From: a virus
Virus record (IMG/VR): IMGVR_UViG_3300044638_004201
Span: 1-64,000 of that record
Direction: 5' to 3' (one strand)
DNA length: 64,000 bases
Part shown: piece after piece, positions 9,484 to 18,454 of the stretch
Layout: every line of letters begins with the position of its first letter
Position numbering within the stretch: the stretch's first letter is position 1
The notes under the pieces: generated by a model
Database searches by the model: none
Told to the model about the DNA's origin: nothing
Seen by the model: only the letters and a program-made list of their open reading frames with translations
Translations under genes and position numbers: made by a program

Positions 9484-9740
9484 TGAAGGCACGAGAGTTA
9501 GTAGACCAACTACAGAAGTATGACCCTGATGAAGAAGTCATTGCTTTAGTTTGGTTCAAAGATACATTTGATTTTGATAACAATGACGACCTCACCCTTA
9601 CTGATGAGGCATGGCTTAAAGTCGTGAAAGAGATGGAAGAGTCTGGCGGGATTGATTCAGGCGAGCAACAAATCTCTGAGCACATTTCAGAATCAGTAGT
9701 TGAACATTCAACCATAAACATAAAAGCAGAGGAGAAATAA
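9483..9740 (+). CDS. Hypothetical protein, paralog of 17183..17431
   Basis: MKxxxLxxQLQxYxPDxExIxxxWxKxT...LTDxxWLxVV shared by both. Confidence 0.75.
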   Translation: MKARELVDQLQKYDPDEEVIALVWFKDTFDFDNNDDLTLTDEAWLKVVKEMEESGGIDSGEQQISEHISESVVEHSTINIKAEEK

Positions 9741-9741
9741 G

Positions 9742-10131
9742 ATGGGTCAATATCACATCCTTGTCAATGTAGACAAGAAAGAAACTGTTGTGCCTCACGG
9801 GCTCGGCTTGGGTCTAAAGCAATACGAACACATTGGCGAGTTCAACGGCACGCTCGCAGATGCCATGTACATTTTAATGATGACCAGTCCAGCCAGAGGC
9901 GGTGGAGACTTCCCATCTACAAACATCTCTAGCCGTTGGGCTGGCGACAGAGTTCTAGTTCTTGGAGACTACACGGAAGATTCCGATGTGCCGTCTATCC
10001 CTAATGTCGGCTCGCTCTATGCGGAGTCTGAGTCCTACACGGACATAACGGATTTGGTTGCCGAAGCCTTTGAGCAAGTGTTCCGATTAAAGTTTTCAGG
10101 CGAGGGTTGGAAGAAACGGGTTTCTGTGTAA
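9742..10131 (+). CDS. Conserved phage hypothetical protein
   Basis: MGQYH..VN.DKKE...RWAGDRV..LGDY pattern; RBS. Confidence 0.75.
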   Translation: MGQYHILVNVDKKETVVPHGLGLGLKQYEHIGEFNGTLADAMYILMMTSPARGGGDFPSTNISSRWAGDRVLVLGDYTEDSDVPSIPNVGSLYAESESYTDITDLVAEAFEQVFRLKFSGEGWKKRVSV

Positions 10132-10407
10132 TACTCTCTATACAAACGGCGAGCGCTTTAAGTTCCGTGCAGTGATACGGGCAAGCGCTCGCTTTTGTAT
10201 TTAACGGCAAGCCCACATCGTGAAACAGAACCCGCTGTCAATCTAAATAAGTTGTTCCGATGTGCACCAGAAGATCCGTGCATTTTTACTTTTTGCTCAG
10301 ATCCGGCGTTCGGGCTTGCTGCACTACAAACAACTTCTTGATGTCCGCCCGATAAGTTGCTACTTCCTACGCTTGACAAAAAGAACGGCGTGCTCTATGA
10401 TACGGGT

Positions 10408-10557
10408 ATGAAAAAGAGAAACCCACTTGACGGCTTGCTTCGCTTGCGAGGTCGCTTCGTGCTGAACCAAAAAGCACAGGTGTTTGCGGATAAGCGGTCT
10501 AAGAGAAACAAAAGTCGTGCCGAACAAAAACGGCGTGCCCTAAACGAACAGGAGTAA
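10408..10557 (+). CDS. Small basic protein (leaderless)
   Basis: MKKRNPLDG...DKRSKRNKSRAEQKRRAL; ATG 6 nt after TATGAT. Confidence 0.6.
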   Translation: MKKRNPLDGLLRLRGRFVLNQKAQVFADKRSKRNKSRAEQKRRALNEQE

Positions 10558-10564
10558 AAAGTAA

Positions 10565-10810
10565 ATGACGAAAGACACAACGGAACAACGCTGGAATCAG
10601 GGATACTACTCAGCACTCAACGGGGCGAAGATTATCAACTTCGTAGGAACAGATGAGGACGAGTTTGGTGGAACTGGCTTTCCTAAGTTCTTGGCACAAC
10701 TTTCTAATGGCGAAATTGTAGAACTTGTTTTATCCCAAGACCCTGAAGGTAATGGTGGTGGATTTATGTTTGGACTTCCTGATTTTACTTTACCTGAGTT
10801 TCGCAAATAA
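10565..10810 (+). CDS. Hypothetical protein
   Basis: SQDPEGNGGGF motif; RBS. Confidence 0.7.
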   Translation: MTKDTTEQRWNQGYYSALNGAKIINFVGTDEDEFGGTGFPKFLAQLSNGEIVELVLSQDPEGNGGGFMFGLPDFTLPEFRK

Positions 10811-10868
10811 ACTTGACAAAGGAATAAAAAAGAGTAGTATGTAGTTGTCTTCATAGAAAGGGGAACAA

Positions 10869-11543
10869 ATGCCAAACTGGGTATTTAATCATCTGACCAT
10901 AGAAGGTTCAGAGGAAGACATAGCAAAAGTAAAGGCTCAACTCAATAAACCATTTACAAAACAATTCAGCGAGGAAAAAGACCCAGCAGTTTATTCCAAT
11001 CCTGTAATTGCGTTTTGGAACATTGTTGCGCCACCTGAGGACAAACTAGAAGAATACTTTGGTGTTCATGGATACGCTGATGGTGGAAAGCAAGGCGATA
11101 CTGAATACAACTGGTATAACTTCAATAACACTAAGTGGGGAACTAAGTGGGACATTGGCGTTGTTGATGGAGAAGGTTATTCAGAAACTTCTTTAGAAGA
11201 TGATGAACCAACTCATTTACGCTATCGCTTTGATACTGCGTGGTCTCCACCAACTCCAGCAATTCAAGAACTATCAAGTCAATACCCTGAACTGACAATA
11301 ACTCTTTCTTACGAAGAAGAGGGAGAGTGGGGTGGCGAGATTGAGTATCTTGCTGGCGAAGAAGTGAGTGTTGATGAATACGACTCTCCAGACTCTCATA
11401 AAGATTATGTGGATAGAGATAGAGAAGATAGTTGTGTCTGCTCTCGTGAAGAAGATAAAAGCGAGTGGTATGACGATTGCCCCGGTGCTAAAGGAAAAAC
11501 AATAACTCTAAAAGCAGTAAAAGAAATGGAGATAGTCAAATGA
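10869..11543 (+). CDS. DUF1281/YubB ferredoxin-like domain protein
   Basis: MPNWxxNxL, WGTKWD, FDTAWSPP, YPELxIxLxYEE. Confidence 0.8.
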   Translation: MPNWVFNHLTIEGSEEDIAKVKAQLNKPFTKQFSEEKDPAVYSNPVIAFWNIVAPPEDKLEEYFGVHGYADGGKQGDTEYNWYNFNNTKWGTKWDIGVVDGEGYSETSLEDDEPTHLRYRFDTAWSPPTPAIQELSSQYPELTITLSYEEEGEWGGEIEYLAGEEVSVDEYDSPDSHKDYVDRDREDSCVCSREEDKSEWYDDCPGAKGKTITLKAVKEMEIVK

Positions 11544-11680
11544 GTAATGATGTGGCTTGGCAATCAACTCTCACAGAAGAAATGATTGCCCACCTGAGCG
11601 AACAAGAAATAAGTTTGCTTATCAACTCCCTCAATGAGTCAGTAGAAGAAATCTGCAACATCTACGAAGTCAAGGGATAA
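11540..11680 (+). CDS. 46-aa acidic hypothetical protein
   Basis: ATGA overlap with GGAG RBS; not in track. Confidence 0.6.
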   Translation: MSNDVAWQSTLTEEMIAHLSEQEISLLINSLNESVEEICNIYEVKG

Positions 11681-11689
11681 AAAGTAAAA

Positions 11690-11890
11690 ATGGGAAAACT
11701 TATTTCAATAGAACCAACCACAGACAACTCAACTACCTACTTTGCTCTGGACGGAAATTATGGCGAAGCGCAAGGCATGGTTGTCATTGACACGACCAAA
11801 TGGTCTGAGGACGATTGGACTCAGATTGACGAAGCAGGAGACTCAGACAGGGCGCAGGTTGCTCTTGATTTGACAAACAAATACGCTTAG
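11690..11890 (+). CDS. Hypothetical acidic protein
   Basis: ORF; start embedded in motif A. Confidence 0.65.
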   Translation: MGKLISIEPTTDNSTTYFALDGNYGEAQGMVVIDTTKWSEDDWTQIDEAGDSDRAQVALDLTNKYA

Positions 11891-11930
11891 TGTATTGTAA
11901 TTCTTACACCTACTAGAAAGGGGAAACCAA

Positions 11931-12290
11931 GTGGGAGACAGATTCGTAGTTGGATTTCAGGATAAGCCTGAAAACCCAATCCTCTATCTTTACTCACATT
12001 GGGGTGGCGAAGCACAAGAAAAAATCTTGGCTGAGGCACTCAACAAATCACAAGGTCGCTGGAACGATTCAGATTATGGAACTCGCATAGTCGTATCACA
12101 AATCATTGGCGATAGTTGGAAAGACAATCTAGGATTCGGTCTTTCTGTCAATAACTTCGCTATGCCTGACTACGACACAATTCAAGTCGTAGAGTGGCAC
12201 TCTCAATCAGTATCCACACGCCAAGCCTCTGCGCCTAGCGTAGAACTAGAAAACACACCCTTTGAGCATTACTGCCTAGAAAGGGTATAA
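11931..12290 (+). CDS. Conserved phage hypothetical protein
   Basis: MGDR...LYLYSHWGG...RWND.DY.TRI; own promoter and RBS. Confidence 0.75.
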   Translation: MGDRFVVGFQDKPENPILYLYSHWGGEAQEKILAEALNKSQGRWNDSDYGTRIVVSQIIGDSWKDNLGFGLSVNNFAMPDYDTIQVVEWHSQSVSTRQASAPSVELENTPFEHYCLERV

Positions 12291-12390
12291 GACACGCCAT
12301 AAGTGGGGGGCAACCCAAACTTGACAAAAGCCCCCCACCTATGGAATACTTCGTAATAGCAAGACCAACACTAGACAAGGAGAAATACAA

Positions 12391-12846
12391 ATGTTGGACA
12401 AAGAAAAGAAGGTTCAAGGTATAGCAATCTATGCCGAGTTCCGTAAGCCCGGTGAGACTATGCAAATAGTTATCACACCTGACGCCTACACGACTTCAGG
12501 AAGTCTTATTCCTATGACTATGGTTCGTAGAATTGTAACTAAAATTACGCCAAAGAAACAATGGAAAATTACTTCTTTCAGAGATAACCTCAGCGAAATG
12601 GTTTCTAAAGGTGAATTGGTCGCAGATAGCGACAAGGAAACTTTCACAGAGACTCGTATGCGCTACGCAACTTCCTACTTTGACTTAGTAATAAATCAAG
12701 GTTGGGAACTAGAAAAAAAGCCAATCTTGCTAGAGACTTCTCGCCACGACGCAGATGATTTAGCAAAAGGCAAAACACCTAATAAATTACTTTACAGGGC
12801 GCACATCTCTAGGAAAGCACTTGGCTTCCCTGAGTTGTCAGCGTAA
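12391..12846 (+). CDS. Hypothetical protein upstream of MoxR
   Basis: Own promoter and AAGGAG RBS. Confidence 0.7.
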   Translation: MLDKEKKVQGIAIYAEFRKPGETMQIVITPDAYTTSGSLIPMTMVRRIVTKITPKKQWKITSFRDNLSEMVSKGELVADSDKETFTETRMRYATSYFDLVINQGWELEKKPILLETSRHDADDLAKGKTPNKLLYRAHISRKALGFPELSA

Positions 12847-12863
12847 GAAAAGGGGAAAATAAA

Positions 12864-13919
12864 ATGGAAACTATGAAAGAGCGTTATGCTTCACTTAGTC
12901 CAAATCTCACACCTACATTGTGGGAAATGATTATTGAAGTTGCCACACAGGGAGTAAATGAAAATGCTTCACTTACACTCAACGCAAGCGTTGCCCCACA
13001 GGGTCGCTATGTTGAAAGAGCGATTGGTTCAGAGCGTGCGCCAAGAAACTCCAAACTGAAAATGGAACTTCCAAATGTTGAAGGACTTATTGGTGCGGAA
13101 ACTTACCTGCGTCCAAATGGTTCTGCCTACCACGCTCGTATGTGGGGAGAACACAAAGATGTGGAAGCCCTACGCAAAGCACGAGAAGCAACAACTCAAT
13201 CTGTTCTTACAGGTGTTGGTTCTCCAATGTTCCCACTTCTTTATGGTGCGCCGGGGTGCGGAAAAACTGCGCTAGTTGAAGCGTCTTATGGAAATGAAGT
13301 TATTACTCTTATGGGTAATGGCGACATTGAAGCCTCTGACCTAATTGGTTCTTATGTCCAAACTCCAAGTGGAAACTTTGAGTGGATTGACGGCGGACTA
13401 ATTCGGGCTATGGAAAATGGTTGGGTTTATTTCATTGACGAAATTGGTCTGATTGACCCAAAGGTTCTCGCACTTGTTTATGGTGCTATGGACGGACGCC
13501 GAGAAATTGTTATCACTACAAACCCTGAGAGAGGTGTTGTCAAGGCACACGAAAACTTCTTCGTAGTTGCAGCGACAAATCCAAATGCTCCCGGAGTTCG
13601 TCTAAGTGAAGCGTTAGTATCTCGCTTTACTGTTCAGGCAGAAATGACAACTGATTGGGCACTTGCTCGTAAGTTAGGTGTGCCAACACTTTTGGTAACT
13701 TCTGCTCAAAATCTTTATCGCAAACAACTTGCTAGAGAAGGTGTTTCTTGGTCTCCACAAATGCGAGAACTTCTTGCGTTTAGAGACATAGCAATAACTT
13801 TCGGAACTTCGTTTGCGCTTTCCAACCTGATTGCTTCTGCCCCTGAAAACGATAGGGCAGTTGTCGCAGATGTTTTGTCTCGTGCCTTCGGGGAAGAGAT
13901 GAAACCAGCCAAAATCTAA
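12864..13919 (+). CDS. MoxR-family AAA+ ATPase (CbbQ/NorQ/CobS-like)
   Basis: Walker A GAPGCGKT, DLIG, Walker B YFIDEI, AATNP, ALVSRF. Confidence 0.9.
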   Translation: METMKERYASLSPNLTPTLWEMIIEVATQGVNENASLTLNASVAPQGRYVERAIGSERAPRNSKLKMELPNVEGLIGAETYLRPNGSAYHARMWGEHKDVEALRKAREATTQSVLTGVGSPMFPLLYGAPGCGKTALVEASYGNEVITLMGNGDIEASDLIGSYVQTPSGNFEWIDGGLIRAMENGWVYFIDEIGLIDPKVLALVYGAMDGRREIVITTNPERGVVKAHENFFVVAATNPNAPGVRLSEALVSRFTVQAEMTTDWALARKLGVPTLLVTSAQNLYRKQLAREGVSWSPQMRELLAFRDIAITFGTSFALSNLIASAPENDRAVVADVLSRAFGEEMKPAKI

Positions 13920-14002
13920 GTATCCCTGTCCTTAGGTTTTGGTTCGGGGAGTTGGGGATTGAGCGTGGTTCATTGGGTGTCCTTCGCTCTCCCCAACACC
14001 CC
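13909..14002 (+). ncRNA. Double hairpin with pyrimidine-rich anti-SD-like loops
   Basis: Stems 13909-13942 (loop TATCCCTGTC) and 13946-14002 (loop ...TCATTGGGTGTCCTT). Confidence 0.45.
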
Positions 14003-14083
14003 ACCTTTAGATTTGACAAGGAAAAGCAAAAAGTGTAGTATCTAATTGTTAGGTCGGAAGCCTGACAGAAAAGGGGAAATAAA

Positions 14084-15862
14084 ATGGCTCATCTAAAAAT
14101 GGGTGAAACCAAAGCACAGGCTACTCCTGTTGAGTGGCTCAAAGTTGGTAGAGACATTGGCTACATGGCTAACAAGTGGTCTCTACGAGATGATTTAGTT
14201 GCGTATGTTGGTCCGGGTGCTGGTGGTCCGGCACCTGCGTGCTACTCACCTACACAAGCAGAAGTTGAAGTAAATGTTGATGTTGCGTTTGCTAAAGGTA
14301 TTACACCTGAGGAAATTGGCGACATAACACTTCGCAAAACACAATACGAGTTTCCTAAGGCGACAGGTGCGATTATGCACGAAGCCTTCCACGCTCGCTT
14401 CTCACAATGGTCTATGCCTAAGGCGTATGAGGAATTAGAGAAGGACGAATACAACGCACTTATTCTTTTAGAGGAAAGTCGCATTGAGTATCAAGGTGTC
14501 AAGTCTCTATCTATCGCTCGTCCTTTCCTTCGTGCTTGCGCTATGGAAATTGTTATTGGCGATACAAAAGAAGGTATGGAAAACGAAACACAAACACAAT
14601 CGCTAACTAATTTAGTTGGTCTTGTCTTTGCTCGCATTGACGCAGGTATCTTAGATGAACACGAAGTCTTTGCGATTACAGAAATGATTACAGACCAACT
14701 TGGTGTAGATGTTGTTGAGCAACTACGAACAATCGCTCGTTCAGCACAAATGCACGACAACCACAAAGACGCCACAGAACTTTATCCACTAGCAAAAGAG
14801 TGGGCACGAATTGTTCGTGAAACTGCTAAAGAGCGTGGAGATGAACAAAAGCCTGAAGGTAACAAAGGTATTCCTTCTGAAATCATGGAAGCAATCATGG
14901 AAGCGTTGTCTGAGGCTTCAGATGAAGTAATGGCAAACAACTTCTCCGACTTGGGCGACCAAGAGCAGGGTGAGGACATGAGAGAGGAAGTCAAGGCAAA
15001 AGCCTCTGACGCACAAGAGCAAAACGAAAATCGTGAAATTGCTAATCAAGTGTTCTCTAAATCTTCAGGGCCGGGGCAATCAAAAACCAATAGCAAGTTG
15101 ATTGAACAACGCCAACCAACAAGTGAAGAACTATCTGCCTCTGTTCGTATTGGACAATGGTTAGAGAAAGCAAAGTATCGTGAGCGAGATGAACTACAAA
15201 TCGCAAGCGTGCTTCCACCCGGACGCCTTCGCACTAGAGCAATCGTCCAAAATGCAGCCTTGAAATCTCGTGGAGTAAATCAGCGAGTAGAGCCTTTCCG
15301 TAGAACTGTTCGCAAACACACAGACGACCCAACACTCAATGTTGGAATTATGGTCGACATTTCAGGTTCAATGGGAAGTGCTATGAACCCTATGGCTACA
15401 ACTGCGTGGGTAATGGCTAACGCAGTAAATCGTATTCAAGGAAACTGCGCTATGGTCTATTACGGAAATGATGTGTTCCCAACTCTAAAGGTTGGACAAA
15501 AACTTTCTGAAGTAAATGTTTATTCTGCTTCGGACGGAACTGAGAAGTTTAGTAAAGCGTTCTCAGCATTGGAAGGCGCACTTAACTTACTTCACGGAAA
15601 TGGCGCAAAGTTGTTGGTAATTGTTTCGGACGGAGAATACACTTCAGATGAAACAAGAAATGCCAAAGAGATTGTTGCCAAATGTAAAGAGGCAGGTGTC
15701 GCAATTTTATGGCTACCTTTTGATAATGGCAGAAGTGCGAAAGCGATTGGTGGAGATTATGCCGAAGTTGTTTTGGACATAAGCCGACCTGCGGAAGCCT
15801 CTGAAATTATTGGTCGTTCAGCAGAAAAAGTAATGACGAGAATTGGGCAACGAGTGGCGTAA
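14084..15862 (+). CDS. vWA-domain protein with N-terminal HExxH metallopeptidase-like domain (CobT-like MoxR partner)
   Basis: HEAFH, LEESRIE, MIDAS DISGSM, IVSDG. Confidence 0.88.
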   Translation: MAHLKMGETKAQATPVEWLKVGRDIGYMANKWSLRDDLVAYVGPGAGGPAPACYSPTQAEVEVNVDVAFAKGITPEEIGDITLRKTQYEFPKATGAIMHEAFHARFSQWSMPKAYEELEKDEYNALILLEESRIEYQGVKSLSIARPFLRACAMEIVIGDTKEGMENETQTQSLTNLVGLVFARIDAGILDEHEVFAITEMITDQLGVDVVEQLRTIARSAQMHDNHKDATELYPLAKEWARIVRETAKERGDEQKPEGNKGIPSEIMEAIMEALSEASDEVMANNFSDLGDQEQGEDMREEVKAKASDAQEQNENREIANQVFSKSSGPGQSKTNSKLIEQRQPTSEELSASVRIGQWLEKAKYRERDELQIASVLPPGRLRTRAIVQNAALKSRGVNQRVEPFRRTVRKHTDDPTLNVGIMVDISGSMGSAMNPMATTAWVMANAVNRIQGNCAMVYYGNDVFPTLKVGQKLSEVNVYSASDGTEKFSKAFSALEGALNLLHGNGAKLLVIVSDGEYTSDETRNAKEIVAKCKEAGVAILWLPFDNGRSAKAIGGDYAEVVLDISRPAEASEIIGRSAEKVMTRIGQRVA

Positions 15863-15883
15863 GTCGTTCTTGCTCAAAAAGAA

Positions 15884-15983
15884 CTCTCGGTTCGGGTGCG
15901 TCCTTCCAACGCATTTCCCACCAAGAACCGAACCGAGAGCCTATGTAGGTGAAGCCCCACCCCCTTTTCGGGGCTTCACTTAC
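15884..15983 (+). ncRNA. Double hairpin with anti-SD loops
   Basis: 12-bp stem CTCTCGGTTCGG/CCGAACCGAGAG with inner TCCTTCC and TTTCCC; 14-bp stem with loop ACCCCCTTTTC. Confidence 0.55.
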
Positions 15984-16014
15984 TCAACCAAAAAGTAAAA
16001 AGGGGAGAGACAAA

Positions 16015-16428
16015 ATGACATACGAAATTAAATACAACGCTATTGACCCTGACCCAGCGCAACAAGACGCAATCTTTTATACGGGCATGGGTTTAATTGC
16101 TACTGTGATTTGGGAAGGTTTCCATGTTGATGTTTATTGCGACGGAGAAACGAGAGTAAATCTTTTAGACGCACCACAAGGGCAAGTTGTTTCTAGTCTC
16201 TACAATCCTTCAGATTTTATTGAAGCAGGGCTGGATACAGATGACGCCTTGCGAGTGGCTAACGACCAAGAACTTCTTGATTGGGTAAATAACTCTTGGT
16301 TTGATTTGTATTGCGAAGGCGAACACCTTGATGCGGTATCTCACGAACTCAATGAAGCCCTAGCCATAGCGACTAACTATGTGAAGCAAGAGTGGCAAAA
16401 CTCTGAAGAACTTGACAAAGCGTTCTAA
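16015..16428 (+). CDS. Hypothetical acidic protein
   Basis: Start after AAAAGGGGAG; WVNNSWFD motif. Confidence 0.7.
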   Translation: MTYEIKYNAIDPDPAQQDAIFYTGMGLIATVIWEGFHVDVYCDGETRVNLLDAPQGQVVSSLYNPSDFIEAGLDTDDALRVANDQELLDWVNNSWFDLYCEGEHLDAVSHELNEALAIATNYVKQEWQNSEELDKAF

Positions 16429-16471
16429 ATATGATTTACTAAGCAAAGACTAGGAAAGGGGAAAAAGTAAA

Positions 16472-17005
16472 ATGCACACTTGTCATTTACTGCTCATTGA
16501 AGCAGAGGACGCAGAAGAAGCAAAGGCAAAGGTTCAATCAGCGATTGAGCCTGAGGAAGGAAACTATCCGACTTGGTCTGATTGGCACGGCGGATTTGAT
16601 GAAGGACTTGCTGGACGCTGGTCAGGTTTGTTTGAGGGCTGGGAAGAAAACAGAGATGTTCTTCAATACACCGAGAACAAGGTTCTTGCTGACGACATCA
16701 TCAAACAATTTGTTGGTTATCGTTTAGAAGAAATGAAAAGCCTTCTAAGTCAGATTGAAACTGCTGGGGACTTTGATTTCAATACTTATGTAAAAGCCTA
16801 CGACCCATACAAGCAAGAGTTCAATGACGCAGGTATGAACCTTTGGCGGGCACAGAGCCTTGTAAAGATACTCAATAACGATTGGTGTCCTTACACATAC
16901 ATTTACGACATACAAGACTATACGGCGAACCTAGAGTATTTCAAGGCACGGCTGGAAACCGCACCTGAAAAACAATTCATTGTTCCTGTTGATTTTCACT
17001 ACTAA
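16472..17005 (+). CDS. Conserved phage hypothetical protein
   Basis: MHxxHL, WSDW..G...GRWSG and C-terminal VDFH motifs. Confidence 0.75.
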   Translation: MHTCHLLLIEAEDAEEAKAKVQSAIEPEEGNYPTWSDWHGGFDEGLAGRWSGLFEGWEENRDVLQYTENKVLADDIIKQFVGYRLEEMKSLLSQIETAGDFDFNTYVKAYDPYKQEFNDAGMNLWRAQSLVKILNNDWCPYTYIYDIQDYTANLEYFKARLETAPEKQFIVPVDFHY

Positions 17006-17021
17006 TAGAAACGGATAAAAA

Positions 17022-17162
17022 ATGGAAACCTGTAAGCATTGTGGCTGGGAAGTAAAACAAGATTTTGGCGTATGGATTGACGCTTGGGAACACCCTGTTT
17101 GTTTTTGGGTAGGAGATGAGCCACGCCAACACGAACCAATAAAAAAGTTTGCACACGCATAA
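17022..17162 (+). CDS. 46-aa CxxC protein
   Basis: METCKHCGW...HEP; not in track. Confidence 0.55.
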   Translation: METCKHCGWEVKQDFGVWIDAWEHPVCFWVGDEPRQHEPIKKFAHA

Positions 17163-17182
17163 CGGATAAGGAAAAAGTAAAA

Positions 17183-17431
17183 ATGAAAGTAAAAAATCTG
17201 ATTGAACAATTACAGGCATACACACCTGATACTGAACTGATTGTTGCTTACTGGGATAAAGAAACAGTAGAAGGCTACGCCTCTGGCTGGGGCGAACAAG
17301 ATAGGTTCGTGCTTACGGACGACCAATGGCTTGATGTTGTTGATAAGTATGATGACGGAGAGTGGCATTGGCAATCCTCTGCTGCACAAGATTTTACTGA
17401 CATGGCTAGAGATGTTGTTGCTAGTGAGTAA
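17183..17431 (+). CDS. Hypothetical protein, paralog of 9483..9740
   Basis: Shared motif pattern. Confidence 0.75.
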   Translation: MKVKNLIEQLQAYTPDTELIVAYWDKETVEGYASGWGEQDRFVLTDDQWLDVVDKYDDGEWHWQSSAAQDFTDMARDVVASE

Positions 17432-17588
17432 GACTTGGAAGGCTACCTTCGTATCCCACTTCGGAACTGAACTAGACGCTGATACCAAAAGAGAAGCAGA
17501 GACTAAAGCCCTTGCTTGGTTGCAGAACGAATACGGACACGACCTTGCTCGTGCCACAGAGTTTGATGTTGAAGTTGTTGAGGAGTAA
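17424..17588 (+). CDS. Hypothetical protein
   Basis: Probable GTG start overlapping the upstream stop. Confidence 0.55.
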   Translation: MSKTWKATFVSHFGTELDADTKREAETKALAWLQNEYGHDLARATEFDVEVVEE

Positions 17589-17645
17589 TCTCTGCAAAGG
17601 CAAAAAGTAAAAACTCACCAAAATCGCTAGTCACGAAAGGGAACT

Positions 17646-17801
17646 ATGGACAACTTGGAGATGTATGCAAATGCCATGACTTGGTGGAACTCAAAGACCC
17701 CTGAGCAGAAACTAAAGATTGTGGGAGTAGAAACTTTGGACAAATGGGTTGAAGGGATAGTCCGAAAGGAGTATCTCGCCCCTGCCGAAAGTGTGGTCTA
17801 A
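17646..17801 (+). CDS. 51-aa hypothetical protein
   Basis: GAAAGGG RBS; not in track. Confidence 0.55.
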   Translation: MDNLEMYANAMTWWNSKTPEQKLKIVGVETLDKWVEGIVRKEYLAPAESVV

Positions 17802-17922
17802 ATCACATAAGATTTATGCCCTTTTGATTTGACAAGCGTAAGCCTACTCGTGTAAAGTCTGTTTTGTTAGGTCGGATACCTAATGAAGGACAAAATGACA
17901 AACGAAAGAGGGAATTGGGCTT

Positions 17923-18309
17923 ATGCCTAGAACCGAAATCGCACAAGAGGTAGTAGTCAAAACTACTATCGCAGTAGCAACAAAGGAAGTAGCACTTGAC
18001 GCTACAAACGCTGGCGCACTTATCGCAGAACTCAATGCGACAAAAGACGCAATCAAAACTGCTCAGGACAAGGCGAAAGCCCTTCAGGCAGACATTTATC
18101 CTCTACTTGGATACACACTCGTAAATGGTGAGTGGGTTGGCGAAGCAGAGGTTGGCACAATCGCTGGTAATGTTGTTGTGAAGGTCGCAACAATCAACGC
18201 AACAAAGTTTGAGAAGGATAGACTTCTCAACGACAAGCCTGAACTCGCACCTGTGTTCGAGGCATACACAATCCCAGCCCCTTACAAGGCTATGAAAACA
18301 GGGAAGTAA
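17923..18309 (+). CDS. Hypothetical protein (coiled coil plus beta domain)
   Basis: Own promoter and terminator. Confidence 0.75.
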   Translation: MPRTEIAQEVVVKTTIAVATKEVALDATNAGALIAELNATKDAIKTAQDKAKALQADIYPLLGYTLVNGEWVGEAEVGTIAGNVVVKVATINATKFEKDRLLNDKPELAPVFEAYTIPAPYKAMKTGK

Positions 18310-18320
18310 TTTCCAAAGGA

Positions 18321-18352
18321 AAAGCCCCTCACCTTCGGGTGGGGGGTTTTTC
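18321..18352 (+). terminator. Intrinsic terminator
   Basis: GCCCCTCACC-TTCG-GGTGGGGGGT-TTTT. Confidence 0.85.
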
Positions 18353-18454
18353 TATAAAGATGTTTGGCAAAAAGTAAAAATGGAAGTTAATCAAATCTTC
18401 GAGGGAAACTACGAACAACTTGCGTAGAAAGGGAAAACCTGATAGGGTGCATTT

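Noticed and set aside
10408-10557. ArfA-like ribosome rescue factor
   Set aside because: Small and basic, but lacks the KKGKGSY motif
12864-15862. True cobaltochelatase CobST linked to the B12 module
   Set aside because: No CobN, the pair lies in a separate early region, and the motifs fit generic MoxR-vWA systems
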